From Eledone cirrhosa (Eukaryota), in the NCBI GenBank assembly GCA_964016885.1, contig OZ024743.1:346022001-346086000 (forward strand): DNA of 64,000 nucleotides, written 5' to 3'. Made by a program: the position numbers and the translations under genes. Below, one piece after another: positions 13,507 through 27,615 of the stretch. The notes under the pieces are model-generated. The model was given only the letters and a program-made list of their open reading frames with translations. It was not told the origin of the DNA and searched no databases. Every line of letters begins with the position of its first letter. Within the stretch, counting starts at the first letter, position 1.

Positions 13507-14361
13507 TGTGTGTGTGTGTGGGGGGGGGGTGTATGTATGTGTGTGTGTATGTGTTGTGTGTCTCTGTGTGTGTACTTACGTATGATATATCATATATCAG
13601 TATATGTATTGCACGCTGACACAAATACATACATATTCACAGACACACATGTATCTATGTATACATATATATATATATGAGAGTATTGAAATTTGCTTGA
13701 AGCATTGTGGAATAATAAGGTAAATTTCTTTAAGTCGTTTGGAAGCATCGACAATGCAGATGGGTAAATCTCCGGGTAACAAGATCCGGTGGTGGAGAGA
13801 GAGATGTAAGTGGGTGTACGTTGAGATGCGTGGCGTGTAGAAGACTGTAGCGTGTAGAAGAATGTAGGAAAGAGCGTAAAGGATAAAAATAAAAATAACA
13901 ACAAGAGATGGAGTTAACTTGGGAGAGATTTAATTGTCACTATATATTTCGGATTCACATCCATCAACTGGGGTTTTTTTCCGGGGGAGGGGGAAGGTTG
14001 TCTGTCGGAAAGGTGCGAAGCGTGTCCTCCGCTGTTCGTTATTTTGAATATCTGAGGTATTCAGCAGAGCACGCGTGCGCCTGAAATGGGGGTCGGTTAA
14101 GCAGAGGTCAGCGGCCGAAATAGTGCTTTCAATTGTGGGAGTGGGGTGGCGCTAGCTGTCAGTCCATAGTATTCTCTACCTCTTTGGTGAATGTTACTGT
14201 GTGTCTGCGTGTGTTGTTGTCTTGTTCCTCAGTATTGGCAGTGTAGTATGTTCGTATGGTGAATGGTACTGTGTGTGTGTGTATGCGTGTGTTGCTGTCT
14301 CGCTTGTGTGTGTGTGCGCGTGTTGTTGCAACGTTTGTTAACTTAAACCAACTAACCACCT

Positions 14362-14432
<71 letters not shown>

Positions 14433-14433
14433 C

Positions 14434-14508
<75 letters not shown>

Positions 14509-14511
<3 letters not shown>

Positions 14512-16700
14512 GTAGAACACTGGAAGGTAATATCCGTAGTGTTAGAGGACTCAGTCCATGGGACGAGTTAGGTAGAAGTTGTTACACAACAGTTAGTTCA
14601 CCATACTGAGAACAATTGTTTCAGCTAAGCGGATCCTCAGCTCGTAATCGGCATGGTTATACGGAACAGGAAGGAGAACCGTACGAACGCCCGTGCGCAG
14701 AGACCCGTCACTTCAAACAGGCAATACTAAAATGCGTGCGAGAGGTGTAAGGGAGATAACTGCGAAAGTCCGAAAAGTTTTTAGTTGATAAGAAAAATTA
14801 TTGATGTTGTTACAATAATCCAGAGCTTTGTAGTTATGCAATAGGTGTTTTGAGACGTGTGGACAACGTGTGAAAAATTCATTTCTCGTGTTTAGGCAAT
14901 CACTATTGCATAATCTCTTTAGAATATTTATTCGTTCGTCAATACACAGTCCACACGACGGATTTCCCCTTGCGTATGGCTTGGATTTAGTGATGGCTTT
15001 CCATTGAATGGAGTAGTCTATACTTGAGTCCTTAAGGGACCATGCGTGGCTCGCGAGTTTCGTGGATGAACTTCTGTCCGTGTACCTTAAGGTCGACTGA
15101 TGGTTCAGGAAACGTTCCTTAAATCGGCCCTCCGCTCCGCTTTGCCCACATAGGATTTGACTTCCTGTGGTTGGTTTGGTCGGTTGGAAGTGACCACAGC
15201 TTCATAAATTACAGCTAGTGTGTTGCATTGCTGTTGAAGGGGGAAAGCTTCGGGCTTACGGCAAGAGCACCCTGGTAGGGTGTTGCTCCTAGGGCTGCTG
15301 GTGATGTGGGCCTTGATGTTCTCAGCGCAGGAGTATCCTAGTTTTACTTTGTGTCGGTTAAAGATGGAGCGGTATTTATGACCTATGGGAAAACTGTCTA
15401 TCGAAGAGGGCTAGAAATGTTTTGCTTTCATTGGTTTTAACGTTGAGTGAGAAGGGAGGAGAAAACCAGATAGTTTGTCTAATGTTGCGCTTTCTTTTCT
15501 TATTGCTGTTGTTGATAGTGGGAGAGTAAGTGATAGGTTCTGAGAAGCCGCTGTTATCTAACGCCGTGTTATAGTAGGGTGCCTGCACTGTAAAGGTAGC
15601 CTTATTAGAGGAGAGGTTTGAGATTCTAGTAATGATATTATTTACGAAGTTTCTAAAAACAGTGGGAGGGTGGCATGAGTCCTTGTGAATGTCATTTGGT
15701 TTTTCGTTTAGCTTATGGAAGGGTCTGTGGATGTGTGTGCGAAGGTCTAAATGAATGTCCAAGAAATCTACGCTAGAGAGGTTGGTAGCTACTGTTATAC
15801 TATGTCCTAACTCATTGAAGGTAGAAGCTAAGTCTTTTTTAAACCAGTCGAGGTCGTGACCACTTTTATGGCTCGATAAGGTCAGTCCATCGTCGCGGTA
15901 TATTCCCGTGTGGAAGTCCGGGGAATCTAACACGTAATATGTCTAAAATAAATAGGCCAACCAAGTCACATACGTCAGCACTGTCAAACGATCCCATGGA
16001 GACGTCGAATAGGTCTGAAGTTGTAAACTTCTTTGCCCAGGCTACTCCGTCGTTGAAGAGGAGGGTTTTCCGGCAGTGAGCGATGATTTGCCTCTCTAAA
16101 CCATCGACGGTAGTGTAAGTGGTAGCGAAGTCCAACGCTTTGTTTAACAGGGTATCTGAGATCGACGGATAAAAATCGACAATGTCAAACTGTGTGAACT
16201 TCGCTTTTTTTTATTTTAAGGAATTAAACCACTTAATTGCGGAGTCGCTGTTCTCCCACTGGGGCAGGTTGGACTTGGTCTAATGGTCTTAACTATGTTT
16301 CTAAGTACCATACCTGTGCGTGCCGGTTTATTAGTCTACATCTGGGGTTAGAAGTAAAGTCTACCTTGTGATCTTTCAGGGGTTAGGAACGCCTCCTCTT
16401 AGCTACGGATTGTAGCTTCTTATCTACCTTAAGGGCGGCGGCAAGTTGTTTGGCTTCTGTATTAATGTCGTGGTAGGGCCATATGGTTAGCTTTCTTGTA
16501 TTTGGAAGTAATAGCTTCATGGGCCAGGTGGCGGAAGCATGCATTTTAGTATTGCCTGTGCAAAGTGACGGGTTTCTGCGCAAGCGCGTTCGTACGGTTG
16601 TCCTTCCTGTTCCGTATAACCATGCCCATTACGAGCTGAGGATCCGCTAAGATCAAACAATTGTTCATGGTATGGTGAACTAACTGTTGTGTAACCACTT
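14509..16700 (-). mobile_element. Decayed Penelope-like element (Naiad-like) with a 3' pLTR and an inverted pLTR at the truncated 5' end, inserted in (TA)n
   Basis: FDIVDFYPSI, FDVSMGSFDSADVCDLVGLFIL, GIYRDDGL, VDFLDIHLDL, WFSPPFSLNVKTN, CSCR..PLQQQC..VIYEA..SYVG, CGLCIDE..LNTRNEFFTRCPH. 14570-14735 is inverted at 16541-16700. Confidence 0.95.
14604..14646 (-). ncRNA. Type I hammerhead ribozyme in the PLE 2 pLTR
   Basis: tacgag-CTGAGGA-tccgcttagct-GAAA-caattg-TT-ctcagta. Homologues at 16630-16672 (+, G12C), 36109-36151 (-, GAAG) and 36197-36239 (decayed). Confidence 0.75.
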
Positions 16701-16772
16701 GTGTATATATATATATGCTCCAGCATGGCCTCAGCCGGATGGCTGAAACACGTAAAAGAGTAAAAGAGTAAA

Positions 16773-16805
<33 letters not shown>

Positions 16806-16875
16806 TATAGACATATATTAGACATATTTAAAGGACGATGTTGGTGATATATAAAATGGCTAGTTAAAATGCACA

Positions 16876-16920
<45 letters not shown>

Positions 16921-17093
16921 ATATATATATATTATATATATACATAGACATATACATACATATTTAAATGACGATGTTGGTGATATATAAAATTGCTAGT
17001 TAAAATTTGAGGATAGGAAGAGAGTAGTGGTGAGGCTTAAAGGGTGGGGGGGCGGTAAGTGAGAATGAGAATGAGAGGGACAGAGAGGGAGAG

Positions 17094-17196
<103 letters not shown>

Positions 17197-17229
17197 AGGA
17201 GGCGAGAGATTGTGAATAAGAAACAGTAA

Positions 17230-17540
17230 TATACAATTGGGGAAAAGAATGGGCGGGTGAAAATGGAGGGCATGGAAGTAAGTATGCAAACGAAATACCG
17301 GGTGTTGTTTCATTGCTATAAGGGCAGGTGTGTAATAGAAGCGGAAGTTGTGGTCTGCGAAGCTAATAGGTAACATATTGGAGGTGGAGTAATGGGTGAA
17401 AAGGGGTAGTGAGGTTTGTGAGAAGAGGGGTGGTGTTATTTAAAGAAGCTGTATTGTTATACGGGTGGAAAGTTTAGAATCCCGTTGCCAATAATATGGT
17501 AGGTGGGTTAAATCCTCGTTAGCAACTGGTTTGAATTTAT
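17230..17540 (-). mobile_element. Possible highly decayed Penelope-like GIY-YIG C-terminal remnant
   Basis: KQHPVFRLHTYFHAL resembles the E.HLIFRL.T..P.GLN terminus of PLE endonucleases. A pyrimidine-rich 3' region follows. Confidence 0.3.
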
Positions 17541-17807
17541 GCTAGATATGACAGCTGTTGTGTATTATGTTTTTTTTTTATCAGCTTATCTATCTATATC
17601 TCGGCGTGACTGTCTGTTTATTTTTCTATCTATCTATATATCTATATCTACAATCTATTATGTAGATCCTCTCTCTCTCTCTCTTCCTCTCTCTCTCCAC
17701 TCTCTCTTCCTCTCTCTCTCCCACTCTCTCTTCCCCTCTCTCCTTTCTCTCTCTCCCACTCTCCCTTCCTCTCTCATTCTCTCTCTCTTTATCTCTATCT
17801 CTCTCTG

Positions 17808-17889
<82 letters not shown>

Positions 17890-17965
17890 ATATAATTTAT
17901 ATATATAAAATATATATATATATGATATATATATATATATAGTAAGTAATATATATAATACGTAA

Positions 17966-18000
<35 letters not shown>

Positions 18001-18003
<3 letters not shown>

Positions 18004-18710
18004 GGAAACAATTAAACGAAATTTCATTTCTCACTCTTAGCACGGCTGTTACTTAAATATAAGTATGTATACGTACTTACATATATGTATACAGACGTAC
18101 AGTAGTATGTATATATATATACATACATGCACACATATATATGTACGTATGGATTACCGAACATTTATTATAATGCTCGTTTGTTTGTAAACATACATCC
18201 CGAATTAAACCGTACAGTGTCTAGCAACCATCGTTGCTCTTTTGTTCAACACTGACAAAGGAACGATGTACTAGTTTCAAGATTATTAGCTAACGTCAGC
18301 AACTTATACCTTCCTGCCAGATGGTTGAACGTCTGAAAGTATATACTTCCCCTTATTCATATTAACGGCTGAGCAGACTAATTTGCATATCGAGTGAGTT
18401 GATCGGCCGGGCGCACCGAAAACGATAAACAGGAAAATATGAAACGAAATTTCATTTCTCACTCTTAGTACGGCTGTTACTTAAATATAAGTATGTATAA
18501 GTTTGTCAGTGTTGAACAAATGAGCAACGATGGTTGCTAGACACTGTACGGCTTAATTCGGGATTTTTGTTTACAAACACACCGAGCATTATAATAAATG
18601 TTCGGTGAATACATACGTACATATATATATGTGTGCAATGGATGTATATATATATATACATACTACTGTACGTCTGTATATATATATGTATGTACGTATA
18701 CATACTTATA
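18001..18710 (-). mobile_element. Family X: full 428-bp monomer, partial repeat and inverted segment, flanked by (TA)n
   Basis: aaacgaaatttcatttctcactcttag occurs at 18014 and 18442. 18506-18705 is an inverted copy of about 18058-18255. HHR at 18263-18303 has core CTGACGT. Confidence 0.9.
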
Positions 18711-18793
18711 TATATATATATATATATATTTATTTATATATGTATATATGAATATATATACATATATAAATAAATACTAATAGACATACATAC

Positions 18794-18865
<72 letters not shown>

Positions 18866-18901
18866 TATATATTTATATATATATATATAAGTTGTAATAA
18901 C

Positions 18902-19004
18902 ATGAAAACGAAATTTCATTTCTCACTCTTAGTACGGCACTTACTTAAATGTAAGTATGTATGTATACGTACATACATATATGTATACAGACGTACAGTA
19001 GCAT

Positions 19005-19085
<81 letters not shown>

Positions 19086-19400
19086 CAGGTACACATACAT
19101 ATATGTACGTATCAGTTTAGCGGACGCTTATTATAGCGCCCACTTTGTTCGTTTGTAAACAAACTGAACAACCTGAATTTATGCCGCACGGTGTTAAGGC
19201 AACCACGTCACCTTTTTGTTCAACACTGACACAGGAACGATGTACTAGTTTCAAGCTTGTTAGCTATCATCAGCACCGTATACCCTTCTGCCAGATAGTT
19301 GAACGTTCGAAAGTATATACTTTCCTTATGAAAATTAACGGCTGAGCAGTCTAATTTGCATATCGAGTGAGTTAAATCGGTCAGGCGCACCGAAAACGAT
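18902..19400 (-). mobile_element. Family X monomer with an internal (TA)n expansion
   Basis: Colinear homology to 18010-18427. Confidence 0.85.
19237..19279 (-). ncRNA. Intact type I hammerhead ribozyme (family X)
   Basis: acggtg-CTGATGA-t agct aaca agct t-GAAA-ctag-TA-catcgt. Stem I is 6 bp, stem III is palindromic and the site is GUA. Confidence 0.85.
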
Positions 19401-19431
19401 GAGTATACATACATACGTATACATACATACT

Positions 19432-19892
<461 letters not shown>

Positions 19893-20122
19893 TATATATA
19901 TATACATATATATATATCCTATGAATGGATGAAACAGTTATAAGTGAATAAATGCTTTGAACATAGCTTTGATTCTTGTGAATTCTATATAACTGCTCTG
20001 TAGAACAACTGATGCTATTACATTGAGCTATTTATCTTACTGGTAATAAGGTAGTAATAAATTACTGACCTTCCCTGTTTATAGGTTAAAGTATACATAA
20101 CTATAAATAGTATCCTTAATAT

Positions 20123-20168
<46 letters not shown>

Positions 20169-20242
20169 GGAAAAATCTGAACAGGGACCAAACAGAGAGG
20201 CAGTATTAATTTCACGCTCTGGAGAGTGGGGTGTTGGTGGGG

Positions 20243-20276
20243 GACGACGTTTCGGGCATAAGCCCTTCCTCAGGTG
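20243..20276 (-). ncRNA. Minimal Penelope-type hammerhead
   Basis: cac-CTGAGGA-a gggc ttat gccc-GAAA-cg-TC-gtc, within a pyrimidine-rich pLTR-like remnant. Confidence 0.8.
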
Positions 20277-20857
20277 ATAAGTGTGTGGGAACAGAGTTCA
20301 AAGGGTGTGTAGGGGAGTGGTGGAGAGACATATAGCGAAAGGAAACGGTGCGAATGAAAAAAATAAAAATTAAAATTAAAAATAAAGCATGATCAAAATA
20401 CAAGGAATGAAATAAATTTAAATATAAAAGCATGATCAAAATAAACTGAAATTAAAAGGGGGGTAAAACAGGTGGTGGAAGGGTGTGGGTGTGTAGGGGT
20501 GGTGGCGGGTGGAGTGGGGAGAGGGAGACGGGGTGTCCGAGCGGGGAGGGCTGAAGGTGGTGTGTGTGTGTAGGTGTAGGTGTGTGTGTGTGTGTGTGTA
20601 TGTGAAAGTAAGGGTTGGGGGAAGAACGGGGCTGCATGTTCAGGAAGAGGTGTGTGTGTGTATGTGGGGGGGGGGGGGTCGGAGTGTCTGTGCGTGTGTG
20701 GATAGAGGGGGGGGGGGAGAGGAATCAGGAGGCTGAGGGTGTAAATATGTGGTGGAAAGCACGTGTGTGTGGGGTTTATATATATATATACGTATGTATG
20801 TCTACAAGTATTTATTTATATATGTATATATTCCTATATACAGATATAAATAAATAA

Positions 20858-20933
<76 letters not shown>

Positions 20934-20935
20934 TA

Positions 20936-20995
20936 TGTCCAGAATTAGCCGTCGAAACGGGTTGAGCTCAGCCGTCGGGGTCCTACACTTTCCTA
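20936..20995 (+). mobile_element. Family W fragment (hammerhead 3' half)
   Basis: Matches 62560-62618 and lies between TA tracts. Confidence 0.8.
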
Positions 20996-21024
20996 TATAA
21001 ATATATATATATTTATATATATAT

Positions 21025-21262
21025 ATAGTTATGTAATAAACAACATAAGGCAATTATTCCATTTACCAGTGGTTTCTTAAAAGCAAATTCAATAAACAGA
21101 CCAGGATTTTTTCATTCTGAGGATTGAAAGCAAACTTTTTTGCTTTTAAGAAACCACCGGTAAATGGAATAATTGCCTTATGTTGTTTATTACATAACTA
21201 TTAAGCTCTGTTACCGACACAGAGCACTCTTTTTTCCTGGACTCTTCCGACGGAATTACTTC

Positions 21263-21268
<6 letters not shown>
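21025..21268 (+). mobile_element. Fold-back pLTR element between (TA)n tracts
   Basis: 21025-21087 is the reverse complement of about 21139-21201. Confidence 0.85.
21111..21168 (+). ncRNA. Intact type I hammerhead ribozyme
   Basis: ttcatt-CTGAGGA-ttgaaagcaa(loop)ttgcttttaa-GAAA-cc acc gg-TA-aatgga. All three stems pair. Confidence 0.9.
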
Positions 21269-21314
<46 letters not shown>

Positions 21315-22086
21315 CATACATAGAGAGTATCAGAGAAAGAGTTTGAGGGGAGACGCTGTTTAGTTATCTAAGCACAACCCTATATAATACCAAACGTGTG
21401 TGCGAATATATTTATCTCAGAGAAAAGAAGAAAAAAACAAATACAAATAAGTGAATGCAAACGTAGATATAAAGGTGTGTCAATGCGTTTATGGGATTGC
21501 GTGAATATATGTATATATATATAAATATGTATACAGATAGATGGATATATGTAGATAGATGGATATATATATGTGTATATATATATATATAAATATATAT
21601 CCATCTATCTACCTATCTATCTACCAATCTACCTCACTATCTATCACTCTTATTATAGCTCTCTCTCTCTTTATATATATATATATATATATAAAACTGA
21701 GGATGTCTGTCTCTGTGTGTGTGAGTCCGAATCCCTAAAACTCGGGAACCACCCAACCTACTGTTTTCAAACTTTACACATGTAATATTTATCTTTCAGC
21801 GAGTTATGTGAGCAAAACAAATTTCAAATTTTTGAATGCCCTAGGGACCACATTAGGCGATTTAGCGATCTCGCTCTATAATTCTTAGTCTTTCTCTTTT
21901 TAGATATATACATACATATAACGTCGCGCCCTTATAATATATGTCTGTATGTCTGGCTTTCTGTATTACGTCACTTCCCTGAGGATGTAATAAATTGAAG
22001 TGAAATGTTGCAAAATAAATACAAAAACAATATATATATATATATATATATGACAAGAAAGTAAAATATGGTTAAACATTTTCATG

Positions 22087-22157
22087 TATTTTATTATGCG
22101 CATTTCAAAAGCATATATCATCCTGGGACGGTATTTGGGTTTTCATCAGATAAAATA
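22087..22157 (-). ncRNA. Type I hammerhead ribozyme
   Basis: tattttat-CTGATGA-(imperfect long stem II)-GAAA-tgcgca-TA-ataaaata. Stem I is 8 bp and stem III is palindromic. Confidence 0.8.
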
Positions 22158-22279
22158 GGGAGACATGATATTGTTCTACAATAAAACTCACCTCCTACAT
22201 ATATATATATATATATGGGGTAGAAGATGGCATAGGACAGAACAAAGGAGAGGCACACAAACGAAGAAAATAATCACCA

Positions 22280-22322
22280 GTCACTGAAGAGGTCACAGAA
22301 TATGTGACGAAAGAACTTTGAC
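22280..22322 (+). ncRNA. Type I hammerhead ribozyme with minimal stem III
   Basis: gtca-CTGAAGA-g gtcaca gaata tgtgac-GAAA-gaac-TT-tgac. Confidence 0.8.
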
Positions 22323-22470
22323 AATATATATACAACCGTCCGGTTGTGGAACCAACCAACCAACTGGAAATTTATAAATTCTTAAATTTATAAATTTAAC
22401 TTATAATAATTTCGAGTGAAAGCAACTGATGCGTGTGTTTCTTATTGGCAACATGACCCTCCCAAAGCAT

Positions 22471-22552
<82 letters not shown>

Positions 22553-22558
<6 letters not shown>

Positions 22559-22978
22559 GATTTCGCTTCAAGCGTAGCTTTATACAAATATGTATAGAAA
22601 TTTCGTATTTCTAAAGAAACGCGGGTTTAGGAAGCCGTAGCTATGTAAACACCGGAGCTAACGCCCTCTGGTAGTGTCCAGCAGAAACAAGGAGGACAAC
22701 CGTTTATGTATATCAGGCTTGACTGGCCTTCATCAGGACGTTCCCTCCCACTGCTTGCAACTGCTGGACTTGAAAACAGTCGAGAATATATAGTTTTCTC
22801 ATGTGTGTAAATGAAGTGATTAATCTCATTTGCATATGAAGCTGCATAAGTTGGCTCAATTTATAATAGAATAGAAATAAGATTTCGCTTCAAATATGTA
22901 TAGACATTTCGTATTTCTAAATAAACACGGTTTTAGGAAGCCGTAGCTCTGCAAACACCGGGGCTAACGCCGTCTGAT
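22553..22978 (-). mobile_element. Partial tandem (322-bp period) between (TA)n tracts, with a disrupted hammerhead-like motif
   Basis: aaataagatttcgcttcaa occurs at 22553 and 22875. The minus strand at 22736-22695 reads CTGATGA-aggc cagtcaa gcct-G[atatacat]AAA-cggttg-TC. Confidence 0.7.
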
Positions 22979-22998
22979 ATATATATTTTTTTTTTTCT

Positions 22999-23058
<60 letters not shown>

Positions 23059-23934
23059 TAAAGAGTGGGTGTGTGGTTACTGAAAACAAAGTGTAAGAAT
23101 GTAATAGTGACGTAAAGAAGGGAAGAAAAGTTGCCCTTCATCAGGTGTTTATTACGGATAATAGATGTTTCGGCGCTTAAAGCAGGACATCGATCCGCAG
23201 TGCACTTGAGGTCTTTTATCCATGAAAAAGCCATGAGGGAAAGAAGTGATAGTGAAGAAAGAGGAAGAACGAAAAAAAGGGAAAGAGGAAAAAACGAAGT
23301 AAACATACCGAATAGAAGGGGGAACACAGGACAATGGCACCTGTAAGTAAGTAACAGAGGAGAAAATAGAATAAGTTATACTGTACCGATCGGTATAAGC
23401 CCGATGGCCATATAATTGCGGAGCAAGGTTTTTTTCCGTGGCGATCTCAGTAAAGTGAGTGTAGAGAGAGAGAAAGTCAGAGAAACCGGAAGTGAGAGGG
23501 GATGAGTAAGAGGGATATAGACAGAGGGAGATATAACAATTATGTCAGGCTGTTCACCATTGTGTAGAACCGGTGGTTCGGGCTGGTATAGGAGGATGCA
23601 ACAAATTAGTTAAAGCACTCAACGCTATACAAATCATCCATCGGAGATGTGGTATCCAGTGGCTGGAGCAGGAACGGAGTAAAGTATTCTTTAAAACTGC
23701 CACAGAAAACCAAACTTAGAAATTTACCTTAGAATTTTAATTCCTCAAAAGCATTGTATATATTTCGATGGCATAACTCTATCATTTAAATATGATGCAA
23801 GACTAGGCGATTTCATCATGTATTATTTGCAAAATTACGTAACAGGATTAAGTAGAACACAAAAATCAACATCGAATAGAAGATAGAAAAAAGAAAGTAG
23901 TAAATAGTGGACCGGTTTACAGATTGACTTTATT

Positions 23935-23985
23935 AGTTTCAGAAGATCCCGTTAAGGGTGAAAGCAGCGATTCTTTGCTTAAACT
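23935..23985 (+). ncRNA. Type I hammerhead, U4A core variant (family V)
   Basis: agttt-CAGAAGA-t ccc gttaa ggg t-GAAA-gcag cgattct ttgc-TT-aaact. The same core occurs at 53894-53943 (-), and a truncated copy at 52477-52525. Confidence 0.75.
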
Positions 23986-24001
23986 TTAATCTGTTATTTT
24001 A

Positions 24002-24135
<134 letters not shown>

Positions 24136-25000
24136 ACATATATATATATACATATTCATATATATGAATATATATATATATGTATGTGTGTATGTCTGCG
24201 TATACACTTATACATACATGTATATAAAATTATGGGTGGATTCCCGATGGGTATTGGGAGGTGAACACAGTTTAAAAGGGTACGCAATACGTTTGTAGAG
24301 TATAGACACCATTATATGAAATCCAGGAATTCAGAAGTTATTTGTGACGTTTATATTTATTTTACGCGCCTTTCAACAAATGAATGCGATGAATATGGCT
24401 AATGGAATATATTTGTTTAATATGCATTCCGGAATATATAAGTAAATCCATATACTAGGATCTTTGGTTGAAACTAAAAACAGTCAAAATTACTCTCTGA
24501 AAGAAAACCACAAATACATCACAAATAATCCATCAGCCAATTTAGGGAAAGAAAATAATATTGGAAATACTAAATTTGATAATTATTTGGTCCCTAATAC
24601 ATGTCTAAATAATTCTATCCATCAAGATAAATTCTATTATATGCACTAATATCGACATTCATAGTTCTGGTTGTAGATCAGTTGGAAAATGCCGTCTTAC
24701 TGGTCACTGTCTTACGGACAATTTCATACATAAATGTACAATGACTACAGCAAAAAGAATAAATGATTATATGGTTTTCTCCTGTTTTAAAGAAAGACAT
24801 TAGTCTCACTTACATTCTGTAAAGAATGAAAATAAAAAAAATCCACGTCCATTAAACAATACATCTGAAATTTAAACAAAACTGAAATTTGACGTACCCA
24901 TCAATATAACTATATGGTTAAACATAGAGAATAAAACACTTTCGAAAGGACTATAAATACCATAAATGAGAGTAAAAGACGGAAAGAGTAAGGACTTTTA

Positions 25001-25078
<78 letters not shown>

Positions 25079-25134
25079 AAGAAAGAAGGAAATAAATGGA
25101 GTGAGAGGGTGAAAGATGACAGAATCAATATGTA

Positions 25135-25800
25135 GGTCAGAGCGGACAAAATGACAAAGGCATTTCTGCAGAAAATGGCCAGTGACACCGGCTGCCACAT
25201 GTACACCACCTCGCGGGGCTCCTTCATCAAACGAGATGTTATCGATCTGATGCAAAGAGGAAATGGCAGGAAAATCCCCGGTATTTTGTTGTCTTTCTGT
25301 CCTTTAGATTGCAAGCCACTCCGACGCGAATGCACTCATCATACCAGTCGATAAGGATGGTACCGAATTGGGCCACTCGCCGCTGTTTATTTGTGAGGCG
25401 GACAGAGGCAGTCGAGGCGGTTTTGGCCCAAGCCAGACTCAATCTGCTGAAAGCAGACATTAACTGATGTCGTTGCAGTTATGGTGGACACTTGTATACT
25501 GGAAGACGGAGAGGCATCTGCTGGTCCAGTCAGCCTGAGTCTGCTCCAGTTCTTGGACCATATCAGGTTCTGCTATCATTTTGACGACCTCGTTCATGAG
25601 AGTGCAACTGGAGGAGATTGAGGAGTTGTAGACCAGCAGTGCCATATCTGAGGCGGATGGGAGGCTGAGGCCACCAAAGCTCATAGGGAGCTTTGGCTAT
25701 TTTCAGCCGATGCTGCTGAAACTGACATTACAGATGAGTTTCGCACAGCGTCGAATAGTGGCATGGAGTTCACCGAGGCGATCTGCGAGAGCTTGACGAC
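25135..25800 (-). mobile_element. CRE-clade non-LTR retrotransposon relic (internally deleted)
   Basis: SFGGLSLPSASDMAL, ECIRVGVACNL and EPREVVYMWQPVSLAIFCRNAFVIL resemble the CRE motifs GGLGLRSA..LALPA, RIGVALRLG and PRE....RISLAIQRGNA. Confidence 0.7.
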
Positions 25801-26239
25801 AAGGCACTCGCACTGTGAAATTCAATCTTATATCAGTAACAATGTAAAATCGGACAAACCGGTCAGAGCTAATTTATTGAATAGGAAAACTGAGGGTTAC
25901 TTTATCTTTTTTACATCAATTGCCGTTCTCTTTTTTAACAAGACGCACCTTAGACCAAATTCAACTTTCTACTGTGATTGCTGGCCTCACGTATCTATTC
26001 ATATTTTAATTTTCATTTGCATTTTTCGGAAACATTACTATTTCAAGATATGTATTTGCTATTCTAGTGAGACATAAACAAAGAATATTGTTGATCCTAT
26101 GATCAGCCTAATTATTCGCTGGCCTGAGAAAGTACCAAATTGGTTACTGGTTCGGATAACACCACTAAAAAAATGTAATATGGCGAAACACAACACAAAC
26201 TTCGTACCACTTCGTCTACCACACATTTTAACAAGGGAT

Positions 26240-26850
26240 GCAGTAAGGCATTAGGTGACGGAGCCTGTTCGAAAATATATTGCAGTCTGTGTCTCAGGCT
26301 GCAAAAATTTGGCAGTGGTTCTGCAACCAGACCAGGGTGATGTGGGAAGGTGGTACAAATACTGCGTATAGCGAGAGCACAAAAACGGTTCGGAATGGAG
26401 CAAACAAAGAGTCTGAATACAGATCCTCCCTTGATGAAGTCTCTGCAGCGTTAGATGTCATTCAAACGAGTCATATATCCTAATGGGAGGCGTCAATGCA
26501 CATGTTGCCACTGAACACTTGATATGCGAAGGCGTGATTGGAAGGATTGTCGCTGCCCATCTAAATAGGAATAGAGAGGCCTTATTAGATTTCTGTTCTT
26601 GTAATGGGCTAACTATTATGAACACATTCTTCCGGCACAGAGTCATTTGTAAATATACATGGAATAAGGGAATCAGAGACAGAGATCTGTAATTGATTGT
26701 GTTATTATGTTTTACCTCTGTGCTGGATGTCCGTGTTAAGAGAGGATCTGAGATGTAGACTGATCAGCATCTAGGTATCTGCAGTTTGAGACTACCACAA
26801 AACTGGCACGGTGACCTACAGAATAAAGTTGAAAGCGTTGGCGGAAAGCG
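26240..26850 (+). mobile_element. RTE-like LINE APE endonuclease relic
   Basis: MGGVNAHVA..EGVIGR..NRNREALLDFCSCNGLTIMNTFFRHRVICKYTW. Confidence 0.85.
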
Positions 26851-27338
26851 GCTTCTGACTCATTTAATAGTTACCTCCCAGGACATTATCTAAAATATTT
26901 GTTTATTCATAGCTAAATTCGAAATAAGCTGCTCTGGAAGAACTCTCGTGTATTTACGACAACCTCAAATCACATGTGGGGCTAGCCATTTATATTTTAT
27001 ATAACAAGCTAAATGAGTTGGGGAGTAAAACCCGACATAACGTAAGTACCTGTATATGTCTCTGTTGTAACAAATTATACACACAAACACACACACGCGC
27101 GCGCACACACACGCGCACACGCATACGCACACACACACACACAGATATATATATATATATATATATAAATACGTAGATATACATATATACCATATATTCA
27201 CCGCGAACATATATTCTGTTTCTAGAGGTCACACGTTCATAAGAATATATATTTATGCGTTTCTTTTTTTAGCAGATGGCTGAAACATTTTAAAAGCTGA
27301 TATTTTTGTGCTGCAAAATATAGTAAACAGTCGAAAGT

Positions 27339-27455
<117 letters not shown>

Positions 27456-27555
27456 GTGCGTATGTTGGTGTACGTCAGTATATTGGGTATATATGGTATT
27501 TGTTACATATGTAAATCACACCCCCTTCCCCCTCTCACTGTCTCTGTATATATAT

Positions 27556-27615
<60 letters not shown>

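Noticed and set aside
23120-23150. CTGATGA on the minus strand as a hammerhead (also 12443 and 51031)
   Set aside because: No properly placed GAAA/stem III/UH.
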